DNA of 64,000 nt from Thermoproteota archaeon. Lineage in GTDB: Archaea > Korarchaeota > JAOZGF01 > JAOZFZ01. The position numbers were made by a program, and so were the translations under genes. The notes under the pieces were generated by a model. The model did no database searches. It was given only the letters and a program-made list of their open reading frames with translations, and had not been told where the DNA came from. Where the stretch lies: assembly GCA_027492035.1 (NCBI GenBank), contig JAOZFT010000035.1:85923-149922 (forward strand), written 5' to 3'. This document shows, in pieces, positions 30,351-39,765 of the stretch; within the stretch, counting starts at the first letter, position 1; each line of letters begins with the position of its first letter.

Positions 30351-32129
30351 GTGAAGAAGGTTCTCTCAACAAATAAACTTTTGGTTTTAAGTATTTTAAC
30401 AGGTTTAGTGTCAGGATTGGGGGCACTTCTTTTCTTTTATATGCTTCATTTTTTTTCAAGCTACTTTATAGGTTACCTGGCAGGTTTTAAAGTTCCAAGT
30501 CCAGGTGGTGAAACTTCACCCTTTCACATCAATGGTGAAACAACCTATAAACCCTGGCTTCTTGTTATTTTACCAGCAATTGGTGGACTACTTTCTGGGG
30601 TAATAGTTTACTCCTTTGCACCTGAAGCTGAGGGACATGGAACCGACGCAGTTATTGAATCCTTCCATAAATTCTCTGGTTACATTAGGAGTAGAGTACC
30701 TGTAATTAAATTGATTGCTTCTGCGTTGACTATAGGTACAGGTGGAAGTGCAGGCAGGGAAGGACCTATTGCCCAAATAGGAGCTGGTTTTGCTTCATTT
30801 ATCTCAAACTTTTTGAAATTAACAGCTAGAGAAAGGGAAATCCTAGTTGTTTGTGGAGCTGCTTCCGGAATAGGTAGTATATTTAGAGCTCCCTTCGGCG
30901 GGTCCATTTTCGGCATAGAAGTGCTCTACAAAAGAGACTACGAGGTTGATGCCTTTATCTACTCAGTTATTTCTTGTTTTGCAGGTTATGGCGTGTTTGC
31001 TTCGGTTGTAGGTTGGAAACCTATTTTTATAACCCCCTTCTACACTTTCTCACCTAAAGAATTACCTCTTTTCGCTTTGTTGGGGATAATAAGTGGTGTA
31101 ATAGCAATTATTTATGTCTCAGTTTTTTACGGGCTTAGGGATAAATTCTTTAGAAAAATGAAGATCCCGAATCATTTTAAACCAGCTATAGGTGGTATAA
31201 TGCTTGGTTTACTCGGGTTCTTCTTCCCTCAAGCAATAGGGACAGGCTATGGATGGATGCAGCTTGCAATTAACGGTGAATTAGGGCTAAGTCTTATGCT
31301 AGGGCTTATTTTCGCTAAAATTTTCGCTACTTCCTTCACCATTAGTTCAGGTGGAAGCGGTGGGGTTTACGCTCCTTCTCTTACAATAGGCGCCATGGTT
31401 GGTGGCTCTATCGGAATGCTCCTTAAACAGGCATTTCCAGCCATTATAACTAACCCAGGAGTTTTTACATTAATAGGTATGGCTTCATTCTTTTCAGCAG
31501 CAGCTAAATGTCCAATTTCACCAATCATTATGGTTTCTGAAATGACTGGAGACTACAATGTTTTAGTTCCAGCTATTTTAGCTTCAACAATCTCTTACTT
31601 CTCTTCAGGTGAATACACCATATACGAAAAACAAGTAATTTCCAAGACACACTCCCCTGCCCACACAGACAGGATCATAAGTGAACTTGGGAGAAGAGCA
31701 TATAAAGTAACTGACAAAATAAAAAAGGCATTGATAGCTTTCAAAGTTAAAGATGTAATGACTAAGAAAGTATTTTCTGTGAACCCTGACTCCACAGTGG
31801 AAGAATTATATGACTTAATTTTAAAAACTGATCATCACGGTTTCCCTGTGATTAAAAACAATAAACTTATAGGTTTAGTTACTATTCATGAACTCAGATC
31901 ATTTCCAAAAGAGAAATGGAAAGAATTGAAAGTGGAAAATGTTATGGTTAAACATGTTAAAACTATTTCGGCTGAAGAACCAATTTACGATGCAATAGTG
32001 AAAATGGCAAGGGAAGGGGTTGGTAGATTAATTGTTGTTTCTAAGGATGACCCTAAAAAAGTGGTAGGCATAATAACCAAAACAGATTTAATGAAAGCAT
32101 ACAATACAGCTCTTCTTGTTTCCATTTAA
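30351..32129 (+). CDS. CLC chloride channel/transporter with CBS pair (second paralog)
   Basis: GHGTD, GSAGREGP, FRAPFGG, GSGGVYAP; CBS domains. Confidence 0.93.
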   Translation: MKKVLSTNKLLVLSILTGLVSGLGALLFFYMLHFFSSYFIGYLAGFKVPSPGGETSPFHINGETTYKPWLLVILPAIGGLLSGVIVYSFAPEAEGHGTDAVIESFHKFSGYIRSRVPVIKLIASALTIGTGGSAGREGPIAQIGAGFASFISNFLKLTAREREILVVCGAASGIGSIFRAPFGGSIFGIEVLYKRDYEVDAFIYSVISCFAGYGVFASVVGWKPIFITPFYTFSPKELPLFALLGIISGVIAIIYVSVFYGLRDKFFRKMKIPNHFKPAIGGIMLGLLGFFFPQAIGTGYGWMQLAINGELGLSLMLGLIFAKIFATSFTISSGGSGGVYAPSLTIGAMVGGSIGMLLKQAFPAIITNPGVFTLIGMASFFSAAAKCPISPIIMVSEMTGDYNVLVPAILASTISYFSSGEYTIYEKQVISKTHSPAHTDRIISELGRRAYKVTDKIKKALIAFKVKDVMTKKVFSVNPDSTVEELYDLILKTDHHGFPVIKNNKLIGLVTIHELRSFPKEKWKELKVENVMVKHVKTISAEEPIYDAIVKMAREGVGRLIVVSKDDPKKVVGIITKTDLMKAYNTALLVSI

Positions 32130-32216
32130 GAAAACAAAAAGGCATTAAATTTATTGTGTTAGTAAAAAAGTTTTACCGTAAATAAAATAGTGAGTCAACC
32201 AATGCCTTCTTTTATG

Positions 32217-33332
32217 TTACAACCCGAGTGGAGAAGGAAGCTGTTTTCCGAATTTAAACCATATGTAACAAGTTCCCTCCGTTGAAACCATGCATGGACC
32301 CACTGGGTTCCTTGGTGTGCATTTACGTTTGAAAAGATGGCATTGTGTAGGATAAGCCTTCCCAAGCACCACTTTATCACATATACATCCTTTAGGCATA
32401 GAAGTCTTTTTTATTTCTTTTTTGATCGAGTATTTTACCCTCGCATCCCTGTAACTGTACCTCTCCTTAATCTTGAACCCTGAAGAAGGAATTCTTCCTA
32501 TACCCCTCCATATAGTTTCTGTTACTTCAAAAGCGTTCTTAATTATTTCTTTAGCTTTAATGTTTCCCTCTCTCTCCACACTTCTCTTGTACTCATTTTC
32601 AAGTTTAGCTTCTCCTTCACTTACTTGATTAACAATCATAAGAATCGCTAATAAAACATCTACCGGTTCAAAACCGGCAACCACAACAGATACACCGTAT
32701 TCGCTGACGAAATTCCAAGGTTCAAACCCTATTACAGTTGACACATGGCCTGGAGCTATTATTCCTCTTATTTCAACGTCTCCGCTTTCCAACAAATACT
32801 TCATCACCGGGGGAGTTAAACGTAAAGAAGTGAGGATGCTGAAGTTCTCCTCTTTGGCTTTAATTATTTCATATGCAACAGCTGGAGCTGTGGTTTCAAA
32901 CCCCACAGCAAAGAAGACCACTTCCTTATCTGGGTTTTTCTCAGCTAGTTTCAAAGCGTCGTGTGGACTATAAACTACTTTCACATCAAAACCTTCACTT
33001 TTAACTTCCCATAAACTTTTATTTAATGCAGGAACCCTAACCATGTCGCCGAAAGTAGTTAAAATAATGTTTTCGTTTTCGGCTAACTGAATTGCTTCTT
33101 CAACATCTTCAATAGCTGCTACGCAAACTGGACACCCTGGACCTGCTACAAGTTCAATGTTTTCAGGCATAAGAGACCTTAAACCAAAATAACTAATCGT
33201 GTATTCATGGGTACCGCAGAAATGCATTATTTTTGTTTTTTCAAGGGTTTGAGCTTTAGCAGTGATCATTTTCGCTATCCTTAATGCTAAGGCTCTGTTC
33301 CTGTATCCCTGTAAGAAATTGTTCCACAACAA
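32217..33332 (-). CDS. hypD: Hydrogenase maturation protein HypD
   Basis: CGTH, GPGCPVC, GFETT, PGHVS and GPCMVSTEGTC motifs. Confidence 0.95.
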   Translation of the reverse strand: MLWNNFLQGYRNRALALRIAKMITAKAQTLEKTKIMHFCGTHEYTISYFGLRSLMPENIELVAGPGCPVCVAAIEDVEEAIQLAENENIILTTFGDMVRVPALNKSLWEVKSEGFDVKVVYSPHDALKLAEKNPDKEVVFFAVGFETTAPAVAYEIIKAKEENFSILTSLRLTPPVMKYLLESGDVEIRGIIAPGHVSTVIGFEPWNFVSEYGVSVVVAGFEPVDVLLAILMIVNQVSEGEAKLENEYKRSVEREGNIKAKEIIKNAFEVTETIWRGIGRIPSSGFKIKERYSYRDARVKYSIKKEIKKTSMPKGCICDKVVLGKAYPTQCHLFKRKCTPRNPVGPCMVSTEGTCYIWFKFGKQLPSPLGL

Positions 33333-33462
33333 AAACTACCTTCACCCTTCTAATTTTGAAACCTTCAATTAAAGAAAGGGTAATTTTTTCAAAACGTTTA
33401 CCTTTTTTAAAAGGGGAAAGTTAAATAAACTTCCCTTTAAAATTTTATCTTTGATTTTCTAG

Positions 33463-34494
33463 GTGCCAAGTATGGATGGAAAAGTTACACTTTCCCATGG
33501 AGCAGGTGGCGAATTAACTTTTGAAGTGGTAAAAAGATTTTTCTTGGAAAAGTTCCTCCACCGCTCAGCCATGGATGGTGTAGGTTTAGATGCTCTTGAT
33601 GATGGTGCCTCAATTAAAACAAAAAATTTAGAAATAGTTTTTTCAATAGATAACTACACTGTCAACCCTATCTTCTTTCCAGGTGGGGACATTGGCAGGT
33701 TAGCTGTTTCAGGAACAATAAATGATGTTTCAATGCTGGGAGCTAAACCTGTAGCTATTCTTGATGCGGTAACAGTTGAGGAAGGTTTTTCATTTAATGA
33801 TTTAGAATTAATTGTTAACTCTATGAAAGAAGCAGCTGAAGAAGTGGATGTAGCAATAGTTTCAGGCGACTTTAAAGTTATGCCTAAAGGCAAACTTGAC
33901 AAAATAGTTATTGCAGCCTGCGGTGTAGGAGTCACTGAAAAGGGAAAAATTATTCTAGACAGTGGCGCCAAACCAGGTGACAAAGTTTTAGTTACAGGTA
34001 CAATAGGCGACCACGGAGTGGCTTTAATTTCGAAAAGAGAAGGAATAGAGTTCGAAACTGAAATTATGTCCGATACAGCCCCTATCTGGTGTGTTGTTGA
34101 AGCAGCTTTAAAGGTTGGTGGGGTTCATGCTATGAAAGATCCTACAAGAGGGGGATTAGCTGGTGCATTAAACGAAATAGCTGAAAAATCAAAAGTAACT
34201 ATTTATGTAAATGAAGAAAAAATTCCCTTTAAGGAACCAGTTATAGCTGCTGCTGAAATGTTGGGTTTAAGTCCTTATGAACTCTTAAGTGAAGGAAAGG
34301 CTGTAATAGTTGTGGATAGGGAGTTGGCTGAAGAAACTTTAAATGAAATAAAGAAAACAAAGTATGGAAAAGAAGCTGAAATCATCGGTGAAGTAAGAAG
34401 GGAAAAACCTGGCTATGTACTCATAAATACATTAGCAGGAGGAACAAGGATACTTGAAAAACCAATAGGAGAACCTATACCTAGGATTTGTTAA
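33463..34494 (+). CDS. hypE: Hydrogenase maturation carbamoyl dehydratase HypE
   Basis: HGAGG, FFPGGDIG, DPTRGG and C-terminal PRIC. Confidence 0.95.
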   Translation: MPSMDGKVTLSHGAGGELTFEVVKRFFLEKFLHRSAMDGVGLDALDDGASIKTKNLEIVFSIDNYTVNPIFFPGGDIGRLAVSGTINDVSMLGAKPVAILDAVTVEEGFSFNDLELIVNSMKEAAEEVDVAIVSGDFKVMPKGKLDKIVIAACGVGVTEKGKIILDSGAKPGDKVLVTGTIGDHGVALISKREGIEFETEIMSDTAPIWCVVEAALKVGGVHAMKDPTRGGLAGALNEIAEKSKVTIYVNEEKIPFKEPVIAAAEMLGLSPYELLSEGKAVIVVDRELAEETLNEIKKTKYGKEAEIIGEVRREKPGYVLINTLAGGTRILEKPIGEPIPRIC

Positions 34495-34527
34495 GAACTG
34501 AAAAAAGTTCCGTGGCCACAAGAAAAA

Positions 34528-36867
34528 TTAATATTCTCCATGTTTAATGGCTAAAAACTTTGTTTTGGCCAGTAAAGCTTGGCCGGTGGAGACTCCTCCA
34601 TCTCCTAAAGGAAGCTTCTGGTTCAGAAAAATTTCAACTCCCTCCTGCATTAAAACCTCTTTTATCCCTTTTATTATGTAATTGTTAACAGCTGCTCCTC
34701 CCGATACAACCACTTTATTAATGTTTCTTTTTAAACATTTAAACGCTACACGTCCAAAAGCTCTACCTACTTCTTTCAAAATACTGTAAGCAAGTGTCGA
34801 AACTTCGTAAACATCTAATAACTCAATTACTGATTTAAACATTTCGCTTGTATCTATCACGTATACTCCATCAATTTTCCTTATGGGGATTTTTAAGAGG
34901 TTAAGGTCTCTCCCCCCTACTGCTTCTTCCTCAAGTTTAATTGCCGGTTCACCTTCATAATTTCTGTGTAAACATATGTTTAAAAGAGCTGAAAAAGCAT
35001 CTAATAACCTCCCTGTACTGGACGTCATGATAGAATACTTTCTATGCCTCAAAATTGTTTCAAAAGCTTTTAAACCATGCCTAAACCCTCTTTCCAACCT
35101 CCTTTTCAAAATTATTTCCTTTATTTCTTGAGGTTCAAGGAATGTGGACAGTATCCCAACAAGCATTCTTACTGGGTATTTAGTTGCTAAGTCGCCACCC
35201 AGCATAGGTTGATACTTCAACTGCCCCCTTCTTCTGTAATTGCTGCAGGAACCAACTAAAACCTCTCCCCCCCAAATCATACCGTCATCTCCATAACCTA
35301 CCCCGTCCATGGTTACTGCTACAACCTCCTCCAAGGGGTTAATCTTTTGTTCAGCAATAACTGAAGCCATGTGTGCGTGGTGGTGTTGAACCTTTAACAA
35401 TGGACAACCATATTTTTCAGCCCATTCAAAGGCAAGTCTTGAAGAGAAGTAACTTGGGTGTTTATCACAAACAATGATGCTGTCCCTAACTTTTATGTTA
35501 TATGTTTTTAAGAGGAAAGTAAGGGCTTCTTCTAAGTAAATAAGGTTGTCGTATTCGTCCATGTCTCCTAAGTACTGGGTTGGAACAATGTGGTTCCTAA
35601 AGGCTAAGGCTGCAGTGTTAGATAAATCAGCTCCAAAAGCTATAACTGGTTTCTCAAAAAACAGGTCCACATTTACCCAAGTTGGGGCATAACCCCTACT
35701 TCTTCTCAAAAAAACAGGGGAGCCGTCTGTAAACCTAACTACACTATCATCACATCTGTTTATAATCCTTCTATTATGCATTAAAAAATAATCCACGAAC
35801 CCCTTTAAGTGGTTAAGGGCTTCCTTGTTCGATTTACAGATGGGTTTATTCCTTAAGTTGCCGCTTGTCATGATCAAAAATTTATCTCTTGACTGCTTCA
35901 GTAAAAGGTAATGTAGCCCTGTGTAGGGGAGCATGACCCCTAATGTTTTAAGTTGTGGGGCAACATACTTTGAAACAAGTGCATTATCTCTTTTTAAAGC
36001 CACTACAATTGGCTTTTCATGGCTTAAAAGCAAATTTTTCTGCTTTTTATTTAGAGATAGAATTTTTTCAGCTGTTTCAAGGTTTAAAGCCATCAAGGCA
36101 AAGGGTTTTTGAGGCCTATCCTTCCTTTTCCTGAGTTTCAGAACTACTTCATCCTGAGTTGCTGAAGCCGCTATATGGAACCCCCCTAACCCTTTTACTG
36201 CAATTATCTCCCCTTCATCAATCAACTTCGCTGCTTCCCTGATGACATTCATAGACTCTATCCCTTCTCCCTCCCTATTTAAAAGAAAAACAATTGGCCC
36301 GCACTGTTTACAACTTATTCCTTGACCATGAAACCTTCTTACATTTTCAGGGTCTCTATACTCTTTTTCACAGTCTTTACATAGAGGAAAATCCCTCATG
36401 GTAGTGTTCTCTCTATCATAGGGCGTCCTCTCCATCATTGTAAATCTGGGGCCACACCAAACGCAGGAATTAAAAGGATATAAATACCACCTTGAGTCAG
36501 GGTCATCAATTTCTTTTATGCAGTCCTCGCAAATCCCTATATCTGGAGGAACCATGGAGTAAAAAGAAACATCTCTACTGCTTTTCAAAATCACAAAATC
36601 TCTATATTGCTTAGGTTCAACCTCTTCAATCTTCACTTCCTCAATTACTGCAACAGACGGCTTCTCTACATCTAACTGCCAAAGAAATTTTCTTAGAGAA
36701 AACTTATCCCCTTCAATCCAAACCTCTACTTCAGACCCTCCTGTATTCTTTACATAGCCCCTTAACTTATTCTTGGTAGCGATTCGGTAAATGAAAGGTC
36801 TGAAACCAACACCTTGCACAATCCCTGTAATTCTCACCCTGTAAGCTACCAAGCCCTTACTAGGCAT
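34528..36867 (-). CDS. hypF: Carbamoyltransferase HypF
   Basis: GIVQGVGFRPF acylphosphatase domain, zinc fingers, KGLGGFH, QHHHAH, GDGG. Confidence 0.95.
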   Translation of the reverse strand: MPSKGLVAYRVRITGIVQGVGFRPFIYRIATKNKLRGYVKNTGGSEVEVWIEGDKFSLRKFLWQLDVEKPSVAVIEEVKIEEVEPKQYRDFVILKSSRDVSFYSMVPPDIGICEDCIKEIDDPDSRWYLYPFNSCVWCGPRFTMMERTPYDRENTTMRDFPLCKDCEKEYRDPENVRRFHGQGISCKQCGPIVFLLNREGEGIESMNVIREAAKLIDEGEIIAVKGLGGFHIAASATQDEVVLKLRKRKDRPQKPFALMALNLETAEKILSLNKKQKNLLLSHEKPIVVALKRDNALVSKYVAPQLKTLGVMLPYTGLHYLLLKQSRDKFLIMTSGNLRNKPICKSNKEALNHLKGFVDYFLMHNRRIINRCDDSVVRFTDGSPVFLRRSRGYAPTWVNVDLFFEKPVIAFGADLSNTAALAFRNHIVPTQYLGDMDEYDNLIYLEEALTFLLKTYNIKVRDSIIVCDKHPSYFSSRLAFEWAEKYGCPLLKVQHHHAHMASVIAEQKINPLEEVVAVTMDGVGYGDDGMIWGGEVLVGSCSNYRRRGQLKYQPMLGGDLATKYPVRMLVGILSTFLEPQEIKEIILKRRLERGFRHGLKAFETILRHRKYSIMTSSTGRLLDAFSALLNICLHRNYEGEPAIKLEEEAVGGRDLNLLKIPIRKIDGVYVIDTSEMFKSVIELLDVYEVSTLAYSILKEVGRAFGRVAFKCLKRNINKVVVSGGAAVNNYIIKGIKEVLMQEGVEIFLNQKLPLGDGGVSTGQALLAKTKFLAIKHGEY

Positions 36868-36915
36868 TTAAAACCAACTTGTAACACATTCTACCTCTAG
36901 ATTACCTTTAAAAAC

Positions 36916-37137
36916 TTAGGTAGTTTCTTTCAGTATACTCACCCAAAGTTTCAATGTTTCCTTAGCTTCTTCAATGTCTAGTTTCTGAATAGCAAAACCT
37001 ACATGAATCAAAACATAATCCCCAACTTTCACGTCATCTAGCATAGAAATAATAGCCTCTCTCCTTACTCCACCAAAATCAACCACCGCCCTTTCTCCCT
37101 TAATTTCCAAAACCTTCCCTGGAACCGCTAAACACAT
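36916..37137 (-). CDS. hypC: Hydrogenase assembly chaperone HypC
   Basis: MCLAVPG and VGDYVLIHVGFAI motifs. Confidence 0.95.
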   Translation of the reverse strand: MCLAVPGKVLEIKGERAVVDFGGVRREAIISMLDDVKVGDYVLIHVGFAIQKLDIEEAKETLKLWVSILKETT

Positions 37138-37410
37138 CTTTTACGCCTCCTTAACAAACCCAGAGCCATAAATTGGGCCTTAAGTAAATACCTTAAAACA
37201 ATATTTATAAATCGTTACCACCCCCAAAAAGTTCATAAGGAACCGAAAAATATAAGGTAAACCTAAAGAAAACTTTTTCCAAAGTAAGTAGCTAACTAGT
37301 TAATAAAAAATCAACCAGTCAAAAACCTTTTTAAGCAACATGTTTATAAACATAAATCAGCAGCAAATGGGAATCTACCACCAGTTTCTCAGCAGTTACT
37401 TTTTTTAGGT

Positions 37411-38097
37411 GTGGCCTCTTTGCAAAAAAATAAAATATTGAAGGTTGATGAGGGAGAAATACTTGACATTGAAATTGAAGAAGATTTACTGAAAGCTAAC
37501 AAAGAACTTGCATCTGTTAACAGAAAAACCTTTGACTTAAATAACATTAAATCAGTAAACGTTATGGGGGCAATAGGCTCAGGGAAAACAAGCATCATCC
37601 AATGGCTCATAAAAGAACTGAAAAACAAGTATAAAATAGCAGTAATAGCAGGTGACGTAACAACAGGTATAGATGCTGAAAGAATTAAAGAAGCAGGAGC
37701 GGAATCTATACAAATCAACACAGGAAGAGGTTGCCACCTAGACGCCTTAATGATTAGGAAAGCAATCAAAAAATTAAACCTCAAAGAAATAAACCTCCTC
37801 TTTATAGAAAACGTTGGAAACCTAATCTGCCCCGCCGACTTCCCACTAGGAACCCACCTAAACATGGTGGTTGTAAGCGTCACAGAAGGGCCTTATATGA
37901 TCATCAAACACCCCTTCATAATCAAGGAAGCCGATATAGTTGTAATAAATAAAATAGACTTAGCTGACCAAATGGAAGTAAATGTGAACAAACTAGTTAA
38001 GGATGTGGGAAGAATTAACTCTTCAGCTAAAGTAGTTACAACTTCTGTAAAGGAAGGAATTGGTTTAAATGGTTTAATTGAAGCTTTAAAACTCTAA
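37411..38097 (+). CDS. hypB: Hydrogenase nickel-insertion GTPase HypB
   Basis: GSGKT, GCHLDA, ENVGNLICP and NKID motifs. Confidence 0.95.
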   Translation: MASLQKNKILKVDEGEILDIEIEEDLLKANKELASVNRKTFDLNNIKSVNVMGAIGSGKTSIIQWLIKELKNKYKIAVIAGDVTTGIDAERIKEAGAESIQINTGRGCHLDALMIRKAIKKLNLKEINLLFIENVGNLICPADFPLGTHLNMVVVSVTEGPYMIIKHPFIIKEADIVVINKIDLADQMEVNVNKLVKDVGRINSSAKVVTTSVKEGIGLNGLIEALKL

Positions 38098-38110
38098 AAA
38101 AGCGATTAAA

Positions 38111-38500
38111 TTGCATGAGTTCTCAATAGCCAATGCAATACTGCAAAAGATTCTAAACGTAGCTGAAAAAAGCGCTGCAGAAGAAATAAAGGAAGCAAAC
38201 ATTTCAATAGGGGAACTAACCTTTCTTAACAAAGAACAGCTAATTTTCGCCTTAAAAGTCCTGTCTAAAGAAACAAAGGCTGAGAAATGTAAATTCAACA
38301 TATGTGTCATAAAAACAAAAATTAAATGCCTTAACTGCGGCTACAAAGGAAAAGCTGTTTATGAGGGACCCGAATACCACATTCTAAACTTTAAGATACC
38401 ACTTAACTGCCCAAAATGCAAAAGTAAAAAAATAAAGATAGTGGAAGGGAAAGAAGTACTTCTTAAAAACCTGAAAATAAAAATTAAGATTCCTAAATAA
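38111..38500 (+). CDS. hypA: Hydrogenase nickel metallochaperone HypA
   Basis: MHEFSIA, CLNCG...CPKC, GKE. Confidence 0.93.
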   Translation: MHEFSIANAILQKILNVAEKSAAEEIKEANISIGELTFLNKEQLIFALKVLSKETKAEKCKFNICVIKTKIKCLNCGYKGKAVYEGPEYHILNFKIPLNCPKCKSKKIKIVEGKEVLLKNLKIKIKIPK

Positions 38501-38766
38501 TTCTGGGAAGTGTTTTCGCAAAAGGTTTTACTTTCCTATTGTTTCCAACCTAAATAAACTTCCTAATTCTCCTCTTAGAACATAGCGCAGATGTTGAAGC
38601 CTCTTTATACACAGTTAAATACAGATGCACTTTAAAGGTTTTATTTTTGAATTTTTTTTAGAAAAAAAGTTTCTAAATGGTAATGAATGAATAATATTCA
38701 TTTTTTTATTGTAACATTAAACTTAAAAAAGGGAAGTAAGTTTCTTTTAGCTAAAAACAGAAGGAA

Positions 38767-39750
38767 GTGAAGCTGGGAATGAGCGAAATAAAAATCGAGA
38801 AAATTAATGCTATTTGGTTGCAGGGACAGGGGTGTACCGGCTGTACAGTTTCTTTAACTGGTGCTACACATCCAAGTCTACCTGATCTATTGACAGGGTT
38901 TCTTCCGCAGGCAGCAGGTGTCGCTTTAGTTTTTCACCCAACCATTATGCTTCCCCATGGTGAAGAAGCCATAAATGTGTTAGAATCCGGATTAAAGGGG
39001 AAATTAGACCCTTTCGTCTTAATACTTGAGGGAGCAATACCGAATGAAGAATTAGCTGAGAAAACAGGTGGTTACTGGTGTATGGTGGGAGAAAATGGTG
39101 AAGGGAAACCTTTAACTCTCAATTACTGGGTGGACAAACTGTCTGAAAGGGCAGCTGCGGTTGTGGCAGTGGGTACCTGTGCCTGCTATGGAGGAATCCC
39201 TCATGGAAAACCTAACCCAACAGGTTCAAAGGGTCTTTTAAGTTACTTAGGCAGAAACTGGCGAAGCAAATTGAACCTTCCAGTGATCTGTATCCCCGGG
39301 TGTCCAGCTCAAGGAGAACATGTAGCTGAGGTGTTAGCTCATCTTGTCCTTACAGCTAGAGGATTTCTTCCAATTCCTGAACTTGATGAATTCCACAGGC
39401 CCAAATTCATATTTAAGGCAACTGCTCATGAAAACTGTCCTAGGGCTGGGTTCTTTGCTGAAGGAAAGTATTCTGAGGAATTTGGCGAACCTTATTGCAT
39501 GGGACTACTAGGATGTAAAGGACCCATAGTTCACTGTGACGTGCCTAAGAGAGGTTTCGTTGAAGGTGTGGGTGGATGTACAACTGTGGGATCCATATGT
39601 ATTGGATGTACTGAGCCTGAATTTCCAGATGAACCATTGTCCCCGTTCTTTAAAAAAGCTCCTCCTGGAGTTTTTGTCTCTGAAACATTTGGAGATATCA
39701 AGGGTAAACTTTATGCTTTACTTCACAGATTAAAGTCGAGGAAGATATAA
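38767..39750 (+). CDS. [NiFe]-hydrogenase small subunit (group 1 type, no Tat signal)
   Basis: WLQGQGCTGC, GTCACYGG, PGCP, HENCPR, GCKGP and CIGCTEP Fe-S motifs. Confidence 0.93.
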   Translation: MKLGMSEIKIEKINAIWLQGQGCTGCTVSLTGATHPSLPDLLTGFLPQAAGVALVFHPTIMLPHGEEAINVLESGLKGKLDPFVLILEGAIPNEELAEKTGGYWCMVGENGEGKPLTLNYWVDKLSERAAAVVAVGTCACYGGIPHGKPNPTGSKGLLSYLGRNWRSKLNLPVICIPGCPAQGEHVAEVLAHLVLTARGFLPIPELDEFHRPKFIFKATAHENCPRAGFFAEGKYSEEFGEPYCMGLLGCKGPIVHCDVPKRGFVEGVGGCTTVGSICIGCTEPEFPDEPLSPFFKKAPPGVFVSETFGDIKGKLYALLHRLKSRKI

Positions 39751-39765
39751 AAGGAGGATATAGAA

